DNA of 32,000 nucleotides from Paracoccus suum. Its GTDB lineage: Bacteria; Pseudomonadota; Alphaproteobacteria; Rhodobacterales; Rhodobacteraceae. The notes under the pieces were generated by a model. That model saw only the letters and a list, made by a program, of their open reading frames with translations. It searched no databases and was not told the origin of the DNA. A program made the translations under genes and the position numbers. Numbering within the stretch: position 1 is the first letter of the stretch; each line of letters begins with the position of its first letter. Below are positions 25,617 to 32,000 of this stretch, piece by piece. The DNA lies in the NCBI RefSeq assembly GCF_003324675.1, contig NZ_CP030918.1, positions 1,860,001 through 1,892,000 on the forward strand, written 5' to 3'.

Positions 25617-26228
25617 ATGATGACGGTCGATCAGATCGCGGCAGAGATCGTCGCGCGTGAAGGGGGGTACGTGAACGACCCGGACGATCCGGGTGGGGCC
25701 ACGAAATACGGCGTGACACTCGCGACGCTGCAACGCCTCGGCTTCGACAAGACCGACGACCGCCGGATCGACGTTGCCGACGTCAAGGCGCTGACCCGCG
25801 AGGATGCCCGCCGCATTTTCGTAGAGCACTACTTTCGTCGCCCGCGGATCGCGGATCTGCCGGGGATCGTGCAGCCTTCGGTGTTCGACATGTATGTCAA
25901 CGCCGGCAGCAACGCGGTGAAGATCCTGCAGCGCTTGCTGGCCGGCATGGGCTTTGATGCGACGGATGATGGCCAGGTCGGCCCTCAGACCATCCGCGCC
26001 GCGCGCGAGGCGGCGCTGGCGGCGCCCCGGCACCTCGCTGACGCCTACGGCATCGCCCGGCGGAACTATTACTACAGCCTTGGCGATCTGCGCCCCGCCA
26101 GCCGCAAGTATTGCCGCCGGCACGATGGCGGCAAGGGCGGCTGGATCACTCGCGCCGAAAGCTTTGTGGCGCCGCGCTATCACCTGACATTGGCTCAGCA
26201 TAAGGCGAGGTGCGCGAAATGGGCATGA
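25617..26228 (+). CDS. GH108-family N-acetylmuramidase (holin-associated endolysin) with a PG_binding_3-like C-terminus
   Basis: The N-terminal catalytic signature VAREGGYVNDPDDPGGATKYGVT (EGGY motif) is present. There is no signal peptide or TM segment. The C-terminal half (GFDATDDGQVGPQTIRA) resembles peptidoglycan-binding repeats. The next gene overlaps its stop codon. Confidence 0.8.
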   Translation: MMTVDQIAAEIVAREGGYVNDPDDPGGATKYGVTLATLQRLGFDKTDDRRIDVADVKALTREDARRIFVEHYFRRPRIADLPGIVQPSVFDMYVNAGSNAVKILQRLLAGMGFDATDDGQVGPQTIRAAREAALAAPRHLADAYGIARRNYYYSLGDLRPASRKYCRRHDGGKGGWITRAESFVAPRYHLTLAQHKARCAKWA

Positions 26229-26872
26229 TGGACCGCCTGATTGGCGTCGGCGGCACGGTTACGGCGGTCGGCAACGCCGCCACCGGGATGGCCGAAGTGT
26301 TCCGCCAGAACACCACCCGCCGGATGGAGTTGGACGAGGAAGCCTATGCCCGCGCCATGGCCGAACATGGCACCGAGTTCGAGGCGGCCCCCCGCACTTG
26401 GTGGGACAGCCTTATGAACGGTCTGAACCGCCTGCCGCGCCCCATGCTGACGCTCGGCACCATTGGCCTTTTTGTCTACGCCATGGTCGAGCCGATCGGT
26501 TTTTCCACCCGGATGGAGGGGCTTGCGCTGGTGCCCGAGCCGCTGTGGTGGCTGATGGGTGCGATCGTCAGTTTCTATTTCGGCGCGCGCGAAGCGCATT
26601 ATTTCCGCGGCCGCGTCTGGCCGAGCGCCAAGGTGAAAAAGACCGTCGCCGCGTCCAGCCAAGGCGGCGCGGTGGTCGCAGCTGAGGTCGAGGCCGCATC
26701 GGGCGATCCCTTGGGCGAGGCGCTGGCGGCGGCCATGGCATCGGGCGACGCGGTAGTCGGCGGGCCCGGTGGTGCCGATGTAACGGGTGCCTCAGCCCCC
26801 GGCCGGGTGCGGGGGCCGGAGCCTTTCGCCGACAATCCCGCCTTGGCCGAATGGGCCGCGCAGCGGTCCTGA
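26219..26872 (+). CDS. 3TM-type (GTA-associated) holin family protein
   Basis: Its position overlaps the endolysin stop. The N-terminal segment is MDRLIGVGGTVTAVGNAATGMAEVFR, followed by NGLNRLPRP. Two clear hydrophobic helices follow (MLTLGTIGLFVYAMV and LWWLMGAIVSFYFGA). The start was chosen at ATG 26219 (GAGG 8 nt upstream); GTG 26210, ATG 26225 and ATG 26228 are alternatives. Confidence 0.7.
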   Translation: MGMMDRLIGVGGTVTAVGNAATGMAEVFRQNTTRRMELDEEAYARAMAEHGTEFEAAPRTWWDSLMNGLNRLPRPMLTLGTIGLFVYAMVEPIGFSTRMEGLALVPEPLWWLMGAIVSFYFGAREAHYFRGRVWPSAKVKKTVAASSQGGAVVAAEVEAASGDPLGEALAAAMASGDAVVGGPGGADVTGASAPGRVRGPEPFADNPALAEWAAQRS

Positions 26873-26895
26873 AACGACTTCGGGCGGGATAAAAA

Positions 26896-26920
26896 CGGGG
26901 GGCGCGCTGCCCCCTGTTTT
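26896..26920 (+). terminator. Intrinsic terminator after the holin gene
   Basis: CG-GGGGGC-GCGCU-GCCCCC-UG followed by UUUU. It is preceded by an A5 run and starts 24 nt after the holin stop. Confidence 0.65.
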
Positions 26921-27049
26921 GCCATGCATCCCGTCCCGCCGCCGAGCGCACGGCCAACTGCGCGGCACCCTGTCGCACGCCATCTTGCATAGCCCTGCCG
27001 CCCGCATGCCGCTAAAGTCCCGCCAAGTCAGTCGAGACCGGAGTGTGCC

Positions 27050-29020
27050 ATGATCGCCGAACTGGGCCATTTCGCCCTCATCCTCGCCTTTGCCGTATCG
27101 CTCTGGCAGATGAGCGTGCCGATGTGGGGCGCGGCGCGCGGCAACATGGCGGCGATGGAGAGCGCGCGGCCTGCCGCCGCGGCGCAGTTCGGGCTGATCG
27201 GCATCAGCTTCGCGGCGCTGACGGTCGCCTTCGTGACCTCCGACTTCTCGCTCAAGCTGGTCTACGAGAACAGCCATACCCTGAAGCCGATGCTCTACAA
27301 GGTCAGCGGCGTCTGGGGCAATCACGAGGGCAGCATGCTGCTGTGGGTGCTGATCCTGTCGCTGTTCGGCGCCGCGGCGGCAACCTTTGGCGATAACCTG
27401 CCGCCCGCGCTGCGCGCGCGGGTACTGGCGGTGCAGGGTTCGATCGGTGCGGCCTTCCTCGCGTTCATCCTGTTCACTTCGAACCCATTTTTGCGGATGG
27501 TGAACCCGCCCTTTGACGGGCGCGACCTGAACCCGCTGCTGCAGGACCCCGGCCTCGCGTTCCATCCGCCGTTCCTTTACCTCGGCTATGTCGGCCTCTC
27601 GATGTCCTTCAGCTTTGCCGTCGCCGCCCTGATCGAGGGCCGGGTCGACGCCGCTTGGGGGCGTTGGGTGCGTCCCTGGACGCTCGCCGCCTGGGTGTTC
27701 CTGACCATCGGCATCGCGCTGGGCTCGTGGTGGGCCTATTACGAGCTTGGCTGGGGCGGCTTCTGGTTCTGGGATCCGGTCGAGAATGCCAGCTTCATGC
27801 CGTGGTTGCTGGCCGGCGCGCTGGTCCATTCCGCGGTCGTGGTCGAAAAGCGCGAGGTGCTGAAAAGCTGGACCATCCTGCTTGCGATCCTCGCCTTCGC
27901 CTTCTCGCTGATCGGCACCTTTATCGTCCGCTCTGGCGTCATCACCTCGGTCCACAGCTTTGCCAGCGATCCGACCCGCGGCGTGGTGATCCTCGGCATC
28001 CTTGCGGTGTTTGTCGGCGGCGCACTGACGCTGTTCGCCGCCCGCGCCAGCACCCTCAGCGCGCGCGGCGTCTTTGCCCCCGTCTCGCGCGAGGGGGCGC
28101 TGCTGGTGAATAACGTGCTGCTCGCAGTGGCCGCGCTGGTGGTGTTCATCGGCACGGTCTGGCCACTGCTGGCCGAGATGTGGGGCCGCCGGCTGTCGGT
28201 CGGCGCGCCGTTTTTCGAGCAGGCCTTCACGCCGTTCATGGTGGCCATCGCCTTGATCCTGCCGATCGGCGCGATCCTGCCGTGGAAGCGCGGCAACCTC
28301 GCCCGCGCGCTACGGCCGCTACGTCCGGCACTGGCTCTGGCCTTTGCGGTGATGGCGCTGGTGTTTGCCGTGTCGAGCGGCCGCAGCGCGCTGGCGGTGA
28401 TTGGTGCCGGCCTCGGCTCGTGGCTGATCTTCGGCGCGCTGGCTGAGCTGGTCTACCGCACCAACAACGGCGGCTGGTCGCGCCTTACGCGCTTGCCGCG
28501 GGCCGACTGGGGCAAGGCACTGGCGCATGGCGGGCTGGGGGTGACCTTTATCGGCGTCAGCCTGATCATGGCCTGGCAGATCGAGGATATCCGCGTCGCC
28601 AAGGTGGGCGAGACGTTCGACGTCGGCACCTACCAGATAACGCTTGCCTCGGTCGAGGATCTGCCTGGCCCCAACTACACCGCGACGCGGGCCGAGATGC
28701 GGGTCAGCCGCAACGGTCGCGAGGTCGCGGTCATGCATCCCGAAAAGCGGTTCTATCCGGTGCAGGGGATGCCGACGACCGAGGCCGCGATCGACAACGG
28801 TATCTTCCGCGACCTGTACGTCGTGATCGGCGATCCGCAGGCACAGGGCGGCTGGGCGGTGCGCAGCTACGTAAAACCGTTCGCCAACTGGATCTGGGCG
28901 GGCGCGATCATCATGGCGCTCGGCGGCTGCCTCAGCCTGTCGGACCGGCGCAGCCGCGTCGCCGCCGGCGCGCGTCGGCAGCCCCATCCCGCCGCCCGTG
29001 GCGCGGTGCCCGCCGAATGA
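27050..29020 (+). CDS. ccmF: Cytochrome c heme lyase subunit CcmF
   Basis: A 656-aa polytopic membrane protein with the WWD motif WGGFWFWDPVENASFMPWL. A GGAG Shine-Dalgarno sequence lies upstream. Confidence 0.95.
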   Translation: MIAELGHFALILAFAVSLWQMSVPMWGAARGNMAAMESARPAAAAQFGLIGISFAALTVAFVTSDFSLKLVYENSHTLKPMLYKVSGVWGNHEGSMLLWVLILSLFGAAAATFGDNLPPALRARVLAVQGSIGAAFLAFILFTSNPFLRMVNPPFDGRDLNPLLQDPGLAFHPPFLYLGYVGLSMSFSFAVAALIEGRVDAAWGRWVRPWTLAAWVFLTIGIALGSWWAYYELGWGGFWFWDPVENASFMPWLLAGALVHSAVVVEKREVLKSWTILLAILAFAFSLIGTFIVRSGVITSVHSFASDPTRGVVILGILAVFVGGALTLFAARASTLSARGVFAPVSREGALLVNNVLLAVAALVVFIGTVWPLLAEMWGRRLSVGAPFFEQAFTPFMVAIALILPIGAILPWKRGNLARALRPLRPALALAFAVMALVFAVSSGRSALAVIGAGLGSWLIFGALAELVYRTNNGGWSRLTRLPRADWGKALAHGGLGVTFIGVSLIMAWQIEDIRVAKVGETFDVGTYQITLASVEDLPGPNYTATRAEMRVSRNGREVAVMHPEKRFYPVQGMPTTEAAIDNGIFRDLYVVIGDPQAQGGWAVRSYVKPFANWIWAGAIIMALGGCLSLSDRRSRVAAGARRQPHPAARGAVPAE

Positions 29021-29481
29021 GGCGTCTGGCTGCCGCAGCGCTGTTTGCGCTCACGCTCGCCTCGCCGGTGCTGGCGATCCAGCCCGACGAGGTGCTGGCC
29101 GATCCGGCGATGGAGGCCCGCGCCCGCGAGATCAGCCGGGTGCTGCGCTGCCCGGTCTGCCAGGGCGAGAACATCGACGACAGCAATGCCGAGATCAGCC
29201 GGGACCTGCGCCTCTATGTGCGCGAGCTGCTGGTCGCGGGCGACAGCGACAGCCAGGTGATTGACGCGGTGACCGACCGCTACGGCGAATATGTGCTGTT
29301 CGAGCCGCGGCGCACGGGCGGCAATCTGATCCTGTGGCTGGCCGGCCCCGTGATGGCGCTGCTGGGGCTCGGCCTGGCCTTTGCCTATGCGCGCCGGCGC
29401 AAGGCCGCCCCGGTCACGGCCCCCCTGAGCGCCGACGAGCAATCGCGGCTGGCGCGGATCATGGAAGACGAGGCTCCGTAG
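29017..29481 (+). CDS. ccmH: Cytochrome c-type biogenesis protein CcmH (CycL)
   Basis: A signal sequence plus the LRCPVCQGENIDDSNA thiol-redox motif, and a C-terminal TM segment. There is an ATGA overlap with ccmF. Confidence 0.92.
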   Translation: MRRLAAAALFALTLASPVLAIQPDEVLADPAMEARAREISRVLRCPVCQGENIDDSNAEISRDLRLYVRELLVAGDSDSQVIDAVTDRYGEYVLFEPRRTGGNLILWLAGPVMALLGLGLAFAYARRRKAAPVTAPLSADEQSRLARIMEDEAP

Positions 29482-29598
29482 GGCTGATCTAGGGTACTGG
29501 CGGCCGCACCTCGCTGTGGTGAGAATAGGCGCGCCTGCCGGAACCCCGGCTGCGACACGGCTGGTTGCTCCTACGCGAACTCCCTTAATTTGGGCGGC

Positions 29599-30795
29599 TC
29601 AGGTCCAATCCCGCAGGGACAGGTAGTCCATCACCTCACCGGCCCGGCGCGCGGGATCGTGGGCAGGCCGCACCAGCAGGGCACCCGCCGCCGCCATCAC
29701 CGAAAGGCTGGCGCTGTCCTGATTGTCGTCGGGCGTAATCACCGGCAGGCCGCGATCCCCGGCCGCGCCTTCGTTCAGCCGCGCGCGCAGGTAGTGCTGG
29801 CGCGGCCCTTCGGGGGGCAGGTCGCAGCCGAGCGTCGCATGGTGCAGGCGTTGGGTACCGGGCAGGCCCTGCATGCGCTCGATCAGCGGGCGCAGGAACA
29901 GCAGGGCGCTGACCATGGCCGAGATCGGGTTGCCCGGCAGGCCGAGCATCAACGCATTGCCGAGACGGCCGACGACCAGCGGCTTGCCAGGGCGCATCGC
30001 CAGTTTCCAGAAGGCGCGCTCCATGCCCATCGCCTCGGTCACGGGCGCGATCAGGTCGTGATCGCCGACCGAGGCGCCGCCGATGGTGACGATGATGTCG
30101 GCGTCCGCCGCCGCCTCAAGCCCCGCGCGCAAGCTCTCGGCAGTGTCGCGCGTGATCGGCAGGATGCGGGGCAGGGCGCCCGCCGCCGCCGCGATGGCGG
30201 CGATGGCAATGTCGTTGCTGTTGATGATCTGGCCGGCACCGGGGTTGGTGCCGGGGGGTACCAGCTCGTCCCCGCCGGGCAGGATCGCGACCACCGGGCG
30301 GCGGGCGACCGTGACGCGCGGCACGTTCATCGCCGCGATCAGCGCCAGTTCCGCCGGACCCAACCGGCGGCCGGCGTCGATCACGCTGCCTTCACTGAAA
30401 TCATTGCCGCGCGGGCGGATGTTGCTGCCGCCCGAGGCGTCGGTCACGGCGATCCGCTCGCCCTCGCGCGTGACGTTTTCCTGCATGACCACGCGGTCGC
30501 ATCCGTCGGGGACCGGCGCGCCTGTGAAGATCCGAACTGCCTGGCCGGGGGCGATCTCGCCATCCCATTCGCGCCCGGCGGCGGCCTCGCCGACCACTGT
30601 CAGCGGGCCGGGCAGGTCGGCGCTACGCAGGGCATAGCCGTCCATCGAGGCTGCGTCGAACGGCGGCTGAGTCAGGCGCGCCGCCACGGGGGCCAGCAGA
30701 ACGCGGCCGTTTGCCTCGGCTAGCAGAACCTCCTCTGGGATCGGGGCCGGGGCGAGGGCGAGGGTGCGAGCGAGCGCTTCGTCGACGGGGATCAT
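29599..30795 (-). CDS. moeA: Molybdopterin molybdotransferase MoeA
   Basis: The ORF 29599..31341 was trimmed to the ATG at 30795 ([12 protein letters not shown]...). Motifs [24 protein letters not shown] and GLPGNPISA are present. The ATG overlaps the moaC stop (ATGA). Confidence 0.92.
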   Translation of the reverse strand: MIPVDEALARTLALAPAPIPEEVLLAEANGRVLLAPVAARLTQPPFDAASMDGYALRSADLPGPLTVVGEAAAGREWDGEIAPGQAVRIFTGAPVPDGCDRVVMQENVTREGERIAVTDASGGSNIRPRGNDFSEGSVIDAGRRLGPAELALIAAMNVPRVTVARRPVVAILPGGDELVPPGTNPGAGQIINSNDIAIAAIAAAAGALPRILPITRDTAESLRAGLEAAADADIIVTIGGASVGDHDLIAPVTEAMGMERAFWKLAMRPGKPLVVGRLGNALMLGLPGNPISAMVSALLFLRPLIERMQGLPGTQRLHHATLGCDLPPEGPRQHYLRARLNEGAAGDRGLPVITPDDNQDSASLSVMAAAGALLVRPAHDPARRAGEVMDYLSLRDWT

Positions 30796-31298
30796 GTGCC
30801 GGCCTCCTCGTTCAGACGGGTTCCGGACGCGTCCGCCTGCCATGTCCCGGACTTGCCGCCGGTCTTGGTCAGCAGGCGAATCCCCTCGATCCGCATGCCT
30901 TTTTCGGCCGCCTTCAGCATGTCGTAGACCGTGAGTGCGGCGATGCTGACGGCGGTCAGGGCCTCCATCTCGACGCCGGTCTGGCCGGCGGTGCGCACGG
31001 TCGCGCGGATGCGAATTCCGGGCAGCGCCGGCTCCGGGGTCAGTTCCAGCGCGACCTTGGTGATCGGCAGCGGGTGGCACAGCGGGATCAGATCGGCGGT
31101 CCGCTTGGCGCCCATGATCCCGGCGAGGCGGGCGACGCCCAGCACGTCGCCTTTCGCGGCCCCACCCTGGGCGAGGGCTAGCGTTTCGGCCTGCATGATC
31201 ACCAGCCCCTCGGCCACCGCTTCGCGCGCGGTCGCGGGTTTGGCCGAGACATCGACCATGTGCGCCTGTCCGGCCGCGTCGAAATGGGTCAGGCTCAT
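30792..31298 (-). CDS. moaC: Cyclic pyranopterin monophosphate synthase MoaC
   Basis: [17 protein letters not shown] and [12 protein letters not shown] motifs. The ATG overlaps the trpC stop (ATGA). Confidence 0.95.
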   Translation of the reverse strand: MSLTHFDAAGQAHMVDVSAKPATAREAVAEGLVIMQAETLALAQGGAAKGDVLGVARLAGIMGAKRTADLIPLCHPLPITKVALELTPEPALPGIRIRATVRTAGQTGVEMEALTAVSIAALTVYDMLKAAEKGMRIEGIRLLTKTGGKSGTWQADASGTRLNEEAGT

Positions 31299-32000
31299 GG
31301 CACGGGATCGGCGAGGATGGCGCGGGTAGCGGCCTCGACATCGGGCTGGCGCATCAGGCTCTCGCCGATCAGGAAGCGGCGCACGCCGGCATGGGCGAGG
31401 GCGGCAAGCTCCGCCGGGCCGGACAGCCCGCTCTCGGCAACGATCCGGCGGCCTGCGGGCACCATCGGCGCCAGCCGCCGGGTTGTGTCGAGCGAGACTT
31501 CGAAACTGCGCAAATCGCGGTTGTTGACACCGATCAGGGGCGAGTTCAGGCGCAGCGCACGCTCCGTCTCCGCCTCGTCATGCACCTCGATCAATGCGTC
31601 CATGCCCCAGTCGCTGGCGGCGGATTCCAGTTCGGCGGCCAGCGTGTCGTCGACGGCGGCCATGATGATCAGGATGCAATCCGCGCCCCAGGCCCGCGCC
31701 TCGGCCACCTGATAAGTGTCATAGAGGAAATCCTTGCGCAGCACGGGCAGCGAGGTTGCCGCACGCGCCTGCGCCAGGAAAGTCGGCGAGCCTTGAAAGG
31801 ACGGTCCGTCGGTCAGCACCGAAAGGCAGGCGGCCCCCGCCGCCTCGTAGGCGAGTGCAAGGCGCGGCGGGTCGAAATCGGCGCGGATCAGTCCCTTGGA
31901 GGGGCTGGCCTTCTTGACCTCGGCAATGAGGCCATAGCCGCCTGATGCAGCGTGATCGAGCGCGCCCGAAAAGCTGCGCACCGCTGGGGCCGCAGCGGCG
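31295..32000 (-). CDS. trpC: Indole-3-glycerol phosphate synthase (5' end lies beyond the window)
   Basis: [17 protein letters not shown] and [11 protein letters not shown] motifs. The track start at 31981 is a GTG and the frame stays open to the window edge (...AAAAPA upstream). The gene is therefore truncated by the window, not by mutation. Confidence 0.9.
   Translation of the reverse strand, partial: AAAAPAVRSFSGALDHAASGGYGLIAEVKKASPSKGLIRADFDPPRLALAYEAAGAACLSVLTDGPSFQGSPTFLAQARAATSLPVLRKDFLYDTYQVAEARAWGADCILIIMAAVDDTLAAELESAASDWGMDALIEVHDEAETERALRLNSPLIGVNNRDLRSFEVSLDTTRRLAPMVPAGRRIVAESGLSGPAELAALAHAGVRRFLIGESLMRQPDVEAATRAILADPVP

Noticed and set aside
25529-26921. The lysis cassette as the edge of a prophage or other mobile element.
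   Set aside because: No integrase, recombinase, tRNA attachment site, phage structural gene or flanking direct repeat was found in the window. By eye, the cassette is as GC-rich as its neighbours.
29599-31341. A 580-aa ORF extending moeA across moaC.
   Set aside because: The extra 182 codons overlap moaC in another frame and are Arg/Gly/Pro-rich. MoeA-like sequence starts at the ATG at 30795, with an ATGA overlap to moaC.
1-32000. CRISPR arrays, tandem repeats, tRNA/rRNA genes, IS elements and recognisable defence systems (restriction-modification, CBASS, retron, abortive infection).
   Set aside because: Every intergenic gap is under 300 bp and was read on both strands. None contains repeat-spacer structure, tRNA-like cloverleaf sequence, transposase fragments or defence-type domains. 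A manual scan could miss dispersed short repeats, so a self-dot-plot would be the proper check.

Overview
This window is a very GC-rich (by eye about two-thirds G+C) alphaproteobacterial chromosome segment. Gene content and order look Rhodobacteraceae-like (Paracoccus/Rhodobacter type). I can support 32 protein-coding genes, nearly all core housekeeping: ubiK-like, lgt, a MidA-like methyltransferase, pgeF, an Lrp-family regulator, trxB, fused sat/cysC, an orphan glycosyltransferase, hsp20-DUF1150, DUF465, purE-purK-NUDIX, GNAT, pepF, a PAS_5-type protein, gmk, a gamma-carbonic-anhydrase-like protein, a PhoR-like kinase, purL, a LysR regulator divergent from a fused indolepyruvate:ferredoxin oxidoreductase, murI, ccmE, ccmF, ccmH, and moeA-moaC-trpC. 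Genes are tightly packed, with many 1-nt or 4-nt stop/start overlaps. I saw no rRNA, tRNA, CRISPR array, IS element, integrase or classical defence island. Most long extra ORFs in the six-frame track are antisense or out-of-frame shadows typical of high-GC DNA. Two loci are worth a second look. (1) A self-contained endolysin (GH108 muramidase) plus 3TM-type holin cassette of the kind used for gene-transfer-agent release is wedged between ccmE and ccmF-ccmH. It has a near-consensus CtrA box, a hairpin that occludes the Shine-Dalgarno sequence, a cluster of alternative holin start codons and its own terminator. (2) A compact, promoter-to-terminator candidate small RNA of about 84 nt, with a single-stranded CCUCCC anti-SD motif, lies just downstream of an LsrB/VtlR-like LysR gene and upstream of purL. 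All functional calls come from motif recognition by eye; no database search was run.
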